Part shown: positions 1-10,620 of the stretch, piece after piece | Layout of the letters: each line of letters opens with the position of its first letter | How positions within the stretch are numbered: position 1 is the first letter of the stretch | Position numbers and translations under genes: made by a program | Notes under the pieces: model-generated | The model's database searches: none | Told to the model about the DNA's origin: nothing | Seen by the model: the letters and a program-made list of their open reading frames with translations, nothing else | Source: a virus | Lineage: Duplodnaviria; Caudoviricetes | Virus record (IMG/VR): IMGVR_UViG_3300033068_001989 | Coordinates: 128,001-192,000 of that record | Length of the DNA stretch: 64,000 bases | Direction: 5' to 3' (one strand)

Positions 1-411
1 CCCATCAGAGCTCTGTGTTCCTCTAGCCAATTTTGTTATTGCATTAGCCTCAGCATGAAGAACATATGGCAGAGTAACGTCATCCTCTTCGCACACATTA
101 GGAAATCCACTAGGAGATCCATTATATCCATCCGATATTATTGACTTATCCTTCACTATAAGTGAACCAACTTGCATTCTTTTACATCTAGAATTCTTTG
201 ACCATACTTTGGCCATCTCCATGTATATCGAATCCTTCTGATGTTCTCTAGATTCACTATCAAGTTTAAAATCTGGATCTTCAGAATAAAAAACCTCGTA
301 GGAGTCACATTCTCCAATTTTAGCTTTTTTAATTTTCCACGTGGGTTTTTTTAGAAATCCCTCATTTATAAACGAGGTATCACTATGAATTTCGAATTTC
401 ATATGGTGCAT
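1..411 (-). CDS. dCMP deaminase (partial, runs off window start)
   Basis: Manual translation from ATG at 411 gives ...TLPYVLHAEANAITKLARG...; HAE zinc-deaminase motif; not in the ORF track. Confidence 0.85.
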   Translation of the reverse strand, partial: MHHMKFEIHSDTSFINEGFLKKPTWKIKKAKIGECDSYEVFYSEDPDFKLDSESREHQKDSIYMEMAKVWSKNSRCKRMQVGSLIVKDKSIISDGYNGSPSGFPNVCEEDDVTLPYVLHAEANAITKLARGTQSSDG

Positions 412-422
412 TTTTTATTACC

Positions 423-456
423 TACAAATATAAATAAAAAATACGGAATAAAAAAA
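423..456 (-). promoter_or_regulatory. Bacteroidota-type early promoter
   Basis: Minus strand TTTTTTTATTCCGTA-N-TATATTTGTA; TAnnTTTG -7 element directly upstream of the deaminase. Confidence 0.6.
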
Positions 457-473
457 TAATTTTAGAATTATTT

Positions 474-2012
474 TTAAATCCTTCTTGAGTCTGGTCTTAA
501 TGGCGAATCCATCGATGATACTCTTAAAGGTCCTTCCAATAAAGAACCGATCCTGCTGAGAGCTGATAGTATGTCATCAATATCTTTCTTAGTAATTTCT
601 GCAGCGGAACTAGAAGCTGATTCGTTATTTACTGAACTTTTTTCAGTACTTGTCGTATCACTAGGAATTGGATTTGATGTTATATTTTGAGCGATTGCGC
701 TAGGAGATTCCTTTGCTTCAGTATTGGTCACAGATTTTTGTACAGATTCGGCCTTAGGCTTGACAGAAGGTAAATTTGAAAGCTTTGGTAAATTCTTCTT
801 TATGTCACCAAGTAATCCTTGTTTATCCGACAAATTCTTGGACCCATCCAGGTATGAGAGTCCTGATGCTATACCATTCTTAGCAACATCCGGAATATTA
901 AGGTTTGCTTTACTTATTAGCATCTCTGCTGATCCTTTTAATGAACCAGTAAGCTTATCCTTTAATCCGCTATTCAGTAATCCAGAAGAACCAATTTTAC
1001 CAGCGGCATCTTTAATATTTTCCTTAGAAAATGTTCTAGAAAAAAGACCTGATTTTTTCTCAGCAAGCTCTGGACCCTGTTTTTTCTCTACCTCTGTAGA
1101 TTTTTTCTGTATACTCTCCTGTGTTGCTTTAATAGATTCGGAGCTACCTGGTATTTCTGGTTTAGGTGTCGGTTTACCTAGCTTTGCTATATCCTCCTTG
1201 GTGAACGTTCCCTGATTATCTTTATTCTTATAATTCTGTATATAATATTCAATCTCGGAAGCAAGCTCTTTAGGATCAGAATAGAAATCAGGATCCTCAG
1301 CTAAAAGTTCAACTTTCTTTGCAGAAATTTGTTCCTTTGTTGGGTATTTACCGCTATTTGTTTCTTTAATTCTATCCTTAACCGACGGTTGTTTACCAGA
1401 TAATATAGCTTCGGTCTTATCATTGGGTATTACTGTTGTATTCTTTGGGAGCTGTGCAATTTCTGGACCTCTCTCACCAACAAGATAACTACCAGGTGTC
1501 TTAACAACACCACCGCTTTCAAATGCTCCTAATATTCCTTTACCTATATTTCCAACTGATCCAGATATCAGATCTTTAATACCAGCTCCAGAAGTAAGAT
1601 TTTTTGTTATATTGCCAATATCTAAATTTTTAATATCAGCTATTCCTTTGAATGAATCGCTTAGACCTTTTTCGAGACCTTTAAAATCTAGACTTTTAAG
1701 ACCTTTTTCAAGACCTTTAAAATCTAGACTTTTAAGACCATTTTCAAGGCCTTTAAAGTCTAGCTTATCTATACCTTTCAATCCATCTTTAAGTCCCTTA
1801 AATTCATCCTTAAGACCCTTAAAATCCATGGATTTTAATCCATCAACGATCTTTGATACGTCTTTGGATTCTGATTGAGGCTTAGTCTCAACAGTATCGG
1901 CTTTAACAAGATCCTTATTTACCGTAGTATTCTTTTTTATCTCGCCGGAAAGCTTCTCTACATTTCTGCTAAGATCTAATAGTTGGGAAATAAGTTTTTG
2001 GTCAGTAGCCAT
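474..2012 (-). CDS. Tail/baseplate-associated protein (tape-measure/hub-like)
   Basis: GG...YLVGERGPE...VIPN motif typical of tape-measure/tail proteins; 11-aa repeats; next to gp26/gp19/gp18. Confidence 0.5.
   Translation of the reverse strand: MATDQKLISQLLDLSRNVEKLSGEIKKNTTVNKDLVKADTVETKPQSESKDVSKIVDGLKSMDFKGLKDEFKGLKDGLKGIDKLDFKGLENGLKSLDFKGLEKGLKSLDFKGLEKGLSDSFKGIADIKNLDIGNITKNLTSGAGIKDLISGSVGNIGKGILGAFESGGVVKTPGSYLVGERGPEIAQLPKNTTVIPNDKTEAILSGKQPSVKDRIKETNSGKYPTKEQISAKKVELLAEDPDFYSDPKELASEIEYYIQNYKNKDNQGTFTKEDIAKLGKPTPKPEIPGSSESIKATQESIQKKSTEVEKKQGPELAEKKSGLFSRTFSKENIKDAAGKIGSSGLLNSGLKDKLTGSLKGSAEMLISKANLNIPDVAKNGIASGLSYLDGSKNLSDKQGLLGDIKKNLPKLSNLPSVKPKAESVQKSVTNTEAKESPSAIAQNITSNPIPSDTTSTEKSSVNNESASSSAAEITKKDIDDILSALSRIGSLLEGPLRVSSMDSPLRPDSRRI
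1661..1830 (-). repeat. 33-nt coding tandem repeat (LKSLDFKGLEK-type)
   Basis: Repeated agacctttaaaatctagacttttaagacc units within ORF 474..2012. Confidence 0.85.
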
Positions 2013-2040
2013 GTTTTTTTTATTCTATATATTTTAAAAA

Positions 2041-2301
2041 TTACTTGGAAAAGTTAAATAACTGTTTAAGTCCTTCGCTCTCCTGATTTTCAAGATTTTC
2101 CGTTTCTATTTTTTTATTTAGATTAGCTAGGAATATCTGATATTCGTAATATGGAACATTCTCTATCCAGTTCATATCAAGATCATGCTCATAGAACAAT
2201 CTAAATTTAATATCCAAGTAATTCTCCAAAGATATCTGAAATAACGAAAAGAGATCTGAGCCCTGAGGGAAAGGCAATATCCGCAGTGACCTCCTTACCA
2301 C
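2041..2301 (-). CDS. gp51-like baseplate hub assembly chaperone (start uncertain)
   Basis: LENYLDIKFRLFYEH...IENVPYYEYQIF resembles gp51 of T4-like phages; follows and overlaps the gp26-like gene. Confidence 0.55.
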   Translation of the reverse strand: MVRRSLRILPFPQGSDLFSLFQISLENYLDIKFRLFYEHDLDMNWIENVPYYEYQIFLANLNKKIETENLENQESEGLKQLFNFSK

Positions 2302-3319
2302 AAACCGGACAAATCTGCTTTACATCAATTTCGGTACCAATCTTTATCTTTTCGGAGAGTCCGAAATATAAGCTATATTCTTCTTTCGACCAATAATCAG
2401 CTTCCCTCATTCTCATTAGTATCCTTTCGTTTGTTAATCCCCTCCATTCCTTAAGTATAAATGGTGCGATTTTAAGGAATCCCTCGTCTATGTCAATATT
2501 TCTAGATGAACAATAAATAACAAAATCACTGATAGCACGATTTATTCCTATCGTAGGAACCGACATCTCTATGGTCTTTCCGATTTTCTTAACCTCAAAA
2601 GTAAAACTTCTTGTTGAGTTATTATAATATTTAAGGATTTTAGGATCAAGTTCATATGATCTCAATGCTCCTGTTCTTAATTCCATGCCTCTAGAAAATG
2701 GACATTCAGCCTTGTCGTCACATTTAATTTTAGGCATAAGAATTATTGAATTCTCACCGCTTATGAATGTTAAATCCCTTATAGCCATAACAGCAAAAAA
2801 TCTATCCTCCTGTATTAGATCTTTAAAAGAAACAACACCTTCACCAGGGAAATCCATTCTAAGACATCTGTCTATAACATAACCTAGTTTTTCCTCTATA
2901 TCTAGTCTATCATCCTCGTCAATAGCAGAAAAATGTCTTATCTCCTTAACATCAGCTGCTCTTATAGCTATTTTTGCACCACTAGGATAGAACATACCTT
3001 TGGATGGCAATAGCTCAACAGGAAGATTCTTCCAACCAACATCAAACGACGGAGAATTGGTATAAGATTCTGCTTTACCTAATGAGGTAATAGGTTCATC
3101 CTTAATTTTTCCATCATTTATATTTCCAAGATTCATAGCAGGTCTAGGTTTTTCTAATGGTTGTTGTTCATTTACATCAACGACATCAGATTCACTTTTT
3201 AAAATAGTATCACTTGCTATTGGTGTAGGTTCAACTTCAATGGGATCATCATATACGATTCCACTTTGCTCCTCTCTCATCTTTAATATCTCCTCAGGGG
3301 ATATGTCTAAATTATTCAT
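2207..3319 (-). CDS. gp26-like baseplate hub subunit/chaperone
   Basis: VELLPSKG.FY N-terminal core, C-terminal CPVC, position downstream of the tail tube genes. Confidence 0.65.
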   Translation of the reverse strand: MNNLDISPEEILKMREEQSGIVYDDPIEVEPTPIASDTILKSESDVVDVNEQQPLEKPRPAMNLGNINDGKIKDEPITSLGKAESYTNSPSFDVGWKNLPVELLPSKGMFYPSGAKIAIRAADVKEIRHFSAIDEDDRLDIEEKLGYVIDRCLRMDFPGEGVVSFKDLIQEDRFFAVMAIRDLTFISGENSIILMPKIKCDDKAECPFSRGMELRTGALRSYELDPKILKYYNNSTRSFTFEVKKIGKTIEMSVPTIGINRAISDFVIYCSSRNIDIDEGFLKIAPFILKEWRGLTNERILMRMREADYWSKEEYSLYFGLSEKIKIGTEIDVKQICPVCGKEVTADIAFPSGLRSLFVISDIFGELLGY

Positions 3320-3351
3320 ATATAATTAATTTTATTCTATATAACATACCA

Positions 3352-3386
3352 CAAAAAAAAAGGTCAAAATCTGACCTTTATTTTTT
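3352..3386 (-). terminator. Intrinsic terminator
   Basis: AAGGTCA/TGACCTT hairpin with long T tract after the tube genes. Confidence 0.75.
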
Positions 3387-3399
3387 GAGTTTTTTATAG

Positions 3400-3975
3400 T
3401 TACATGAATAAATCCTCCCAGTAATCACAAACCCATGATGTTCTTATTGTATAGATAGCAGGTGTCTCATAATCAAGATCCATCGCATTTATAGGTTCGC
3501 TTATAAAGCATGAAGGTATTCTTATTCTTCTAAACACATCACCTTGTTTATTAAATATCGAAATAAGTATAGAACCAACATAATCATTTTTAAGTCCCAT
3601 CGCTCCAGTTAATGGATTATAAATTAAATCGGACCATTGTCTAAGTATTTTATATAGCTCCATCGAGTTTGAATTATTAAGATTTACTTCAAATTCCATA
3701 GAAAGGTTCATGTCACTTGTTTGTGGTTCACCACCAGCATATCTTCTGGTAGCAAATTTATAATTTTGATTGACTGTCTGAGCAGGTGCTATATCAACAG
3801 CTAATCCGGTTATTGATTTAACTTGTTGTGTTAATATACTTTCACCTTGGAAAGTAGTACTAGCAGAAACAATAGCAGACGGTGGGGTTATCAGTACTTC
3901 AAACTGATTAAGAAACACCGGCTCGTAATTATTTATACCTGCAAGCGAATTTGTAAAATGTGGTAATCCAGCCAT
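3400..3975 (-). CDS. Tail tube protein (gp19-like), paralog 2
   Basis: EPVFLNQFEV...LRQWSDLIYNPLTG...DYWEDLF; next to sheath; clear paralog of 3990..4544. Confidence 0.85.
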   Translation of the reverse strand: MAGLPHFTNSLAGINNYEPVFLNQFEVLITPPSAIVSASTTFQGESILTQQVKSITGLAVDIAPAQTVNQNYKFATRRYAGGEPQTSDMNLSMEFEVNLNNSNSMELYKILRQWSDLIYNPLTGAMGLKNDYVGSILISIFNKQGDVFRRIRIPSCFISEPINAMDLDYETPAIYTIRTSWVCDYWEDLFM

Positions 3976-3989
3976 TTATCTTTTTTATT

Positions 3990-4544
3990 TTATAGAAATA
4001 AATCGTCCCAATAATCAACAGCAAATACCATATCATCTATTTTATATAGATCAGTACTGGTATAGTTTAGATTCATCGGTGATATAGGTTTAGTTGGGAA
4101 TGTATCCTTACATGTTATTCTTCGATAAACATCACCAGCTTTATTGAAAACAGAGATGATTATAGTTCCAGTATAGTCATTTTTAAGACCCATTGCACCT
4201 GTTAATGGATTATAGATCAAATCCGACCATTGTCTTAATGTTTTAAAAACGTACATTGAATTTGAATCATTAAGATTGACACTAAAAGTTATGCTAAGAT
4301 CCATGAAAGTATTTTCAGGTTTAGATCCAGCATAATTTCTTTTAGCAAATTTATATTTTTGCTGAACTGTACCTGGGTTTTTATCCAAGGAAAGTCCATT
4401 AACTTTACTTACGTGTTGTAATAGTATATTTCCTCCAGCTATAGCAGCCGGAGGTATTATTGTTACCTCAAATTGGTTTAAGTAAACAGGTTCATACTTG
4501 TTTACTGCAGATAACGAATTTTGATAATGTGATAGTCCTGCCAT
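3990..4544 (-). CDS. Tail tube protein (gp19-like), paralog 1
   Basis: Same motifs; immediately downstream of the sheath gene. Confidence 0.85.
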   Translation of the reverse strand: MAGLSHYQNSLSAVNKYEPVYLNQFEVTIIPPAAIAGGNILLQHVSKVNGLSLDKNPGTVQQKYKFAKRNYAGSKPENTFMDLSITFSVNLNDSNSMYVFKTLRQWSDLIYNPLTGAMGLKNDYTGTIIISVFNKAGDVYRRITCKDTFPTKPISPMNLNYTSTDLYKIDDMVFAVDYWDDLFL

Positions 4545-4583
4545 AATTACTTATATTTATCTTTGTTAGCTAAAAGAAGCAAA

Positions 4584-7500
4584 TTATACAAATTGCATAA
4601 ATCCTCCAGCAGCTATTCCACCTGTTCTAGTAACAGTAATTCTATTAATGAATTTATGTATACCTCTAGCAGGTTCTATTATAATGTCAATTATACCCAT
4701 ATTCATATCTATAATAGCCGGAGTATTATTAGAAGAATCCATTATTGTTTGATAAGCATAGATACCACCGCCTGATCTAACACCATCAAGATAATTATCT
4801 ACAAGTGTTTTAATCTCTAGTCTTATAGAGTCCTCGTTGAAATCAAAAAGATAGTTTGCAAGTATTTCCTGTACGTCATTTTCTATACTGATTAATAAAT
4901 CTCTAACATGTACTAGATTGAATGCTGAATTTACTTGTTGGTAAGCAGTTTGATTACCAAATATAACAACACCAATACCTTTTCTTTTAAGTATTGGATT
5001 GATACCAAAAGGTTCTAGGTTTGCTCTATCCTCGTCAGTGAAATCATATTCAACACCAACTATATTACCACCGCTTAATATACCTCTTTTTTGTCCAGCA
5101 ACGATAGCATAAGGTTCACCGTTTGCGAATTTTCTAATAAAATTATTAGACACGTAAGCAGCTGGGGGAACGTTTATATTTTTATTACCATTTCTTACAA
5201 CTATATAAGGGGAATAGAATGCACAGAATTTAGATCCGTCTTCCTCATTAGGTAAACTAAATGTATATGTAGGATTAAGTGATAGATTACCACCTTCTAC
5301 TATATAAGATGTATTTAATGGAGGATATGGATTTGAAGCAGTAGGTGCATCAGTAAACGATGGGTCAGTACTAGCTCTAAATTGCGCCATAGAAGGAGCA
5401 TTTATAATAGCTAAAGCCTGTTGTCTCATTTTTGCAAGTCTACTAAATTCCCATTTAGATTCAGGTCCTATTATACCACTGAAAGTATCAACAATATATC
5501 TGAATGATATAACATCCTTGGAAGCAAGTGTTTTCGCAACATTAGTATCATAAAGAACAGCTAATATTTCTTGTAATCTTGCATCTGTACCGTTTGGTCT
5601 ATGTCTCTCTTTCATAGTAAATCCATTAAGGAATGTAAAATCGAAAGAATTAGTAAATTGAGCTATAGATTTAAACTTCTGAACTCTAAGTGAATTACCG
5701 CTATTAGAATAGTATAGAACCGGTCTTGCAGTAACAACCTTTAGAACCCCATAAGTTCCAGTTTGAGCAACTGATTTAACCTTAGTAAGTCTGCTTTGTC
5801 TGTTACCTGTAGCTGGCTCACATATATCAAGATCTGTAGAAACTACCCAATCACCAACAGCTAGAGGAGAAACTCCGTTTACCATATTCACGTTAAATGT
5901 TGTAACATCTATCTGAGTACATTCTATGAAATCATTTATAGAACCTACCTGAGATATAATATCAATTTTCTGTGGGCTAACAGGAAGTCCTATATTATTG
6001 GATGCATAAGATGTCCCAAATGCTGCGATATCAACTATCGTGTTAGTATTCATAGAAGACTGTTGCGAATAAGCTCTAGCATAAGTAAGATTAAACTGAT
6101 CTCTATCAACAGTATTTTCAAATCCAATATATTGTTGATTTGGTGTACCTGTAGGTGTTATCCAAATAGAGTCACCATCCTCAATTTCAAGATATCTATG
6201 ATTTTGGAAGAATGTTGATGCATTATATGCAACAATAGAATTTGTATATCCATTCGGTGCATAAGGACCAGTAGCTCCGTCCATCGTAGCTAGACTTATA
6301 ATATCAAAATAATCAGAATCACCAAATTGATAAGAGTCATTATAATAAGGTTTATTGCTACCAGATGCACCGGTATTATATGTTGCTAAATTATAAGTAG
6401 GCTTAACAGTAATTCCTTGAGATCTATATTGTGCAGTATCTAGAGGGTGTGTCCACCATATAAGTAATTGTCCATTAACGTCCTTAGTTCCAGTAACTTT
6501 AAGTTTAACTATATCAGCCTCGTTAAATTGGCTAACAAGTGCTCCTGTTAATCCAGCAACACCACTAACAACACCAAGTATAAACTTTTCATCGCTAGAT
6601 GAAGAAACATCCAAGAATGATTTAAGAGCAGCTCTTTGTCCAGCATTTTGTAGCATACCTCCGGTTGAACCAGTAGCTGCACTAGTTAAAAGGTAATGCA
6701 TACCAGTATCATAAGCATTAGCATCATAAGGAACAAATGATCCCTGATAAACACCCGCTGTGGATCCTGTTATAGTAAATAATGTACCTACTTTAGATCC
6801 AGTAGTAAATCCAGTAACACCAGCAGGACTAACAAATCCAGTAGCTCCTGTTATACCAACTACGTTCTGTGTATATAAATAATCAGCTTCCAATGCTTGA
6901 TCATAGCTCAAGAAATTTATTCTAGGATTAGCAAGGTCTCTGTCTCCACTAAGTTCGTCTATAAGGTGATTACCAACAAGATCTATTTTGGAAGGATTGT
7001 TACAAATATCATCAAAAGCCTGCTCGTCTATTGCACAGAATAGACCAGTAGAAGCAGTATTATTATTTATTAATGTTTGTATGTATTGATTTACTCCATT
7101 CAAATCAACAAAGTCTGGTATAATACAACCAGTAACGGATGTAACTATAGAAACGTTTGGATTTGCAAGGAACTGATCTATTTTAGATTTTACAAAACCG
7201 TTATTAGTAAAGTATGTACTCCACATTGGATCAAGGTGTAATGCCTGATAATTTGTCCAATTTCCATAAACTGCAATAACATCTATAAAATAGTCACTTA
7301 TATAATCATACGGATGCATAAACGTAGGAACGTTATTAGCACCATACCAATCAATAGCAAATATATTATATCCTAATAGTGGGCTAGATGAATCTGTTGA
7401 TTTTCTAACTATTATACTCATAGGAGATTTTCCAAGATTAGTTATATTTAACAATTTACCTTGGTCAGGAATACTTAGGGTTGCAAGAAAATAATTAGGA

Positions 7501-7931
7501 TCTGCAAACCAAAATCTCTCCTTATTGTAATATGAAGAGTATAATTCACTAGTAACTACACCATTATATTCCTCCGTATCCACAGAGAATGATCTATACG
7601 TAACCTTATCCGGGTCCGCTGATTCAAGATTATCGTTCAATTTTAAAAGATTTAATGCAAAAACTGGTCCTGCATTTAAACAAGTTAATATTGATCTATG
7701 GAAGAAAGATCCCTTATTTTCGAGCGACGCGTCAATATCACCAAAGATTGATATCATCGTTGTTGCATCAGGAATATAGACAGGAGTATTAAAAGGTCCC
7801 TTATTCGAGAACCCTATAACAAGTCTAATTGTTTGTGATGTAAGTATGACGTTTTGTGATGCGTCAAATTCAAGCGTATAGACACCAGATGCTCTAAATT
7901 GAGAATAGTCTATTTTTACCTTATTTGCCAT
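4584..7931 (-). CDS. Contractile tail sheath protein (gp18-like)
   Basis: N-terminal SGVYTLEFD..KGPFNTP; C-terminal VPPAAYV..GINPI..GNQT..VRDLL..IEPARGIHKF. Confidence 0.92.
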   Translation of the reverse strand: MANKVKIDYSQFRASGVYTLEFDASQNVILTSQTIRLVIGFSNKGPFNTPVYIPDATTMISIFGDIDASLENKGSFFHRSILTCLNAGPVFALNLLKLNDNLESADPDKVTYRSFSVDTEEYNGVVTSELYSSYYNKERFWFADPNYFLATLSIPDQGKLLNITNLGKSPMSIIVRKSTDSSSPLLGYNIFAIDWYGANNVPTFMHPYDYISDYFIDVIAVYGNWTNYQALHLDPMWSTYFTNNGFVKSKIDQFLANPNVSIVTSVTGCIIPDFVDLNGVNQYIQTLINNNTASTGLFCAIDEQAFDDICNNPSKIDLVGNHLIDELSGDRDLANPRINFLSYDQALEADYLYTQNVVGITGATGFVSPAGVTGFTTGSKVGTLFTITGSTAGVYQGSFVPYDANAYDTGMHYLLTSAATGSTGGMLQNAGQRAALKSFLDVSSSSDEKFILGVVSGVAGLTGALVSQFNEADIVKLKVTGTKDVNGQLLIWWTHPLDTAQYRSQGITVKPTYNLATYNTGASGSNKPYYNDSYQFGDSDYFDIISLATMDGATGPYAPNGYTNSIVAYNASTFFQNHRYLEIEDGDSIWITPTGTPNQQYIGFENTVDRDQFNLTYARAYSQQSSMNTNTIVDIAAFGTSYASNNIGLPVSPQKIDIISQVGSINDFIECTQIDVTTFNVNMVNGVSPLAVGDWVVSTDLDICEPATGNRQSRLTKVKSVAQTGTYGVLKVVTARPVLYYSNSGNSLRVQKFKSIAQFTNSFDFTFLNGFTMKERHRPNGTDARLQEILAVLYDTNVAKTLASKDVISFRYIVDTFSGIIGPESKWEFSRLAKMRQQALAIINAPSMAQFRASTDPSFTDAPTASNPYPPLNTSYIVEGGNLSLNPTYTFSLPNEEDGSKFCAFYSPYIVVRNGNKNINVPPAAYVSNNFIRKFANGEPYAIVAGQKRGILSGGNIVGVEYDFTDEDRANLEPFGINPILKRKGIGVVIFGNQTAYQQVNSAFNLVHVRDLLISIENDVQEILANYLFDFNEDSIRLEIKTLVDNYLDGVRSGGGIYAYQTIMDSSNNTPAIIDMNMGIIDIIIEPARGIHKFINRITVTRTGGIAAGGFMQFV

Positions 7932-7993
7932 TATTTTTCAATATATTTTTACTTCTGTACTATATATCAAAAAAGAAATGAGAATTATTGATG

Positions 7994-9820
7994 CTACATT
8001 AGGTTATTGAATTCACTGTATGATTTACCCTCCTTAGTTGAAGGTCCTTTTCTATCATCGTCGAAAATTTGATCACCCTCTAATTTTTTTATGATCAAAT
8101 CCTTATATGCATTATCCTCCATCTCGTCAAATACCTCTCCAACCATATGATTGAAGTCATAGCCATCTAAAAGTCCAGGTAGATTAACTAGTGTCATTGC
8201 AACATCATCATGTCCGCTTTGGCTAGAATATGTTCCTCTATTATTAAGACCGAAAGTAAATAACTCAGGTATAGTCCATTTCTTTTCATTGACAAGTATC
8301 TTATTTTCTCTAACCAGGCTTCTTAGTAGTTCACAATACTTCATCTTATTCTTTTCGTTATACTTTATTCCTGGTTTTAAAGTTCTTGCGCTTTCTGAGT
8401 GTTTGGTAAATAAAAACATCTCATCAAAAAATTCATCTCTCGACATCAATTTATCATAAAGAAGTTCACCTTTAAAATTCATTTCCAGTGCTATTTTTAC
8501 ACGATCCACAGTAAAAACATTCTCACATAGAACCTGTAATAACTTAACAACATCTTCAAGCTTTATTTCGTTATCCCTAAATACACCAACCTGAATAAGA
8601 CCGAAGAAATCAGACTCGTCGTCATATTCATCTATTTTTTCTATAACTACCTTTGGTAATGGCGTAACTTTAAATATATTTATTACTGTAAAATCTCCCT
8701 TTCCTCCACCACTAAGATCTATCGATAAAACAAATTTCTTTCCTCTTTCGTTACATGTATCAAGATCAAACTTAGGATGCCATCTGAAATTTTCATATTG
8801 TATATTGTGATTATGCAATTCGCTTATTTCTCTCCATTCATATTCAACCTCATTTTTCTTTATCTTTTTAAGCTCGTCAGATCCTAATAATAAACTAGAT
8901 GAACTTAAAAACTGATTACCATATTCCTGATTGAATAGTTCCTCACTTCCTAAGTTACCTATTTCTTTTTGCTTCCATGCTTCATCCCTTCCAGGAACTT
9001 GCCACCAATCAACTCTAATTGGATTAAAACTATTATCTCCATCCATTGCTCCCTGATAGATTTCATAGAATTTATTCATTCCATTCGGGGTTGATGTTAT
9101 TATTATCCGGGAAACCTTCGATGACGATACAGTAGGATATGTAGATCTAAAGAATGCTTCCATGAAATTATCATTAATGTGAGCAAACTCATCCATATAT
9201 AAAAAATGTATAGTAAATCCGATACCTGATGATTTAGTTGTTGTTTTAGCTAATACCCTACAACCATTATCGAAACGCATTGTCATCACATTATTGATTA
9301 TCATACCAGGTTTAAGAAAAAATGGTAGACCTTTTATTATGGACTTTATCTTATCCATTAATTCCTCTGCGGTATCACCAACATTGGCTAATATCATTGC
9401 GTTCTTATCGTGATTAAAAAGAAGATACCAAACAAGAATTATTGACGAAGTTATGGATTTACCAACTTGTCTGGGAGCTAAAAATACATTAAATCTATTT
9501 GATTGATATTCCTTGAGAACTGATTCCTGATAATCTCTAAGCCTTATATACTCAAGACCAAAATCGGTCATTACCTTGCAATATTTTGCAAAGTATGCAA
9601 CATCCTCCGCACACTTTTTCATTTCTATAACCTCTTCCCTGGTATATTCCCATTGAAGACTAGGTTTTTTTAATTCAGGATCTTGTTCATAAAATGGATT
9701 ATCAACATCCTTATAATCCAATCCTTCCTCGTCTATTCTTCTTAGAAGTTCGTTAACTCTCTCGGTATTCCACAGAGATGTTTCTATCTGATCCTGCTTT
9801 TTCTGTATTATCTCTCCCAT
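7994..9820 (-). CDS. Terminase large subunit (gp17-like)
   Basis: LRDYQ, APRQVGKS Walker A, YMDEFAH Walker B, ITSTPNG, GHDDVAM nuclease motif. Confidence 0.95.
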   Translation of the reverse strand: MGEIIQKKQDQIETSLWNTERVNELLRRIDEEGLDYKDVDNPFYEQDPELKKPSLQWEYTREEVIEMKKCAEDVAYFAKYCKVMTDFGLEYIRLRDYQESVLKEYQSNRFNVFLAPRQVGKSITSSIILVWYLLFNHDKNAMILANVGDTAEELMDKIKSIIKGLPFFLKPGMIINNVMTMRFDNGCRVLAKTTTKSSGIGFTIHFLYMDEFAHINDNFMEAFFRSTYPTVSSSKVSRIIITSTPNGMNKFYEIYQGAMDGDNSFNPIRVDWWQVPGRDEAWKQKEIGNLGSEELFNQEYGNQFLSSSSLLLGSDELKKIKKNEVEYEWREISELHNHNIQYENFRWHPKFDLDTCNERGKKFVLSIDLSGGGKGDFTVINIFKVTPLPKVVIEKIDEYDDESDFFGLIQVGVFRDNEIKLEDVVKLLQVLCENVFTVDRVKIALEMNFKGELLYDKLMSRDEFFDEMFLFTKHSESARTLKPGIKYNEKNKMKYCELLRSLVRENKILVNEKKWTIPELFTFGLNNRGTYSSQSGHDDVAMTLVNLPGLLDGYDFNHMVGEVFDEMEDNAYKDLIIKKLEGDQIFDDDRKGPSTKEGKSYSEFNNLM

Positions 9821-9822
9821 TT

Positions 9823-10617
9823 TTAATAAAGGTCATCTTCCACGACGAAATCATCGCTATCCAAATTCTCGTCAGTTTTAGCTACATTTGGATTATCAAG
9901 ATCTAATGTTTTTTTAAGTTTGGCGTTAACAACAGCATTAGGCTCAACCACCTCCGCTGTAATATCAACAACCTCAGATCCTATTATATCTCTAAGGCCT
10001 TCCATTATACCTCTGGTCCCTCTCGATTTAATTCCACCACTATCGGTTATTGCTGATGATGTAGCATTATATGGATCTCCAGGGTTTGATTGATCCATAA
10101 CGACTCTACTAGTTTGTTTTTTCTCATCTATCTCAATTCTGGATTTTTTATAATTCTGCTCCATCTTTTCAAGATAGGCCTGATAATCCTTTGGCATTTG
10201 CATAATTTGAGATTGCATTTGAGCAAGAACTTCAAAGAGTCTAGGATTTGTATTACCTAGATCTATTTCCTCCAATATTTTGGTTATTGTATGCTGAGCT
10301 GTCTTTAATTGAAACATCATAGCGGATACATTCATAGTATCCATCTTCTTCTTCAACTCTACGTGTTTCGCACCAGTATTCTCAGTACTAAGATCAACAT
10401 AAAATTCAGCCAATGAATCCATAAGGGACTTGGCATCAGATGATGCAGATGATTGCTCTCCTGCAAAATCCATAAGATCTGTGGTTTTTATTCTAGGAAG
10501 ATCTAAAGAATCAGCAACAAAAGATGCACTGAAATTCTCATCCATTAATATGGAATCAAGGTTCTCTTTTATTCTTTCCTCTATTACCTTCTCAGGTTTT
10601 GGTTTTCTTCTTGGCAT
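9823..10617 (-). CDS. Probable terminase small subunit (gp16-like)
   Basis: Helical NPRLFEVLAQM motif; immediately upstream of the large subunit. Confidence 0.55.
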   Translation of the reverse strand: MPRRKPKPEKVIEERIKENLDSILMDENFSASFVADSLDLPRIKTTDLMDFAGEQSSASSDAKSLMDSLAEFYVDLSTENTGAKHVELKKKMDTMNVSAMMFQLKTAQHTITKILEEIDLGNTNPRLFEVLAQMQSQIMQMPKDYQAYLEKMEQNYKKSRIEIDEKKQTSRVVMDQSNPGDPYNATSSAITDSGGIKSRGTRGIMEGLRDIIGSEVVDITAEVVEPNAVVNAKLKKTLDLDNPNVAKTDENLDSDDFVVEDDLY

Positions 10618-10620
10618 AAT

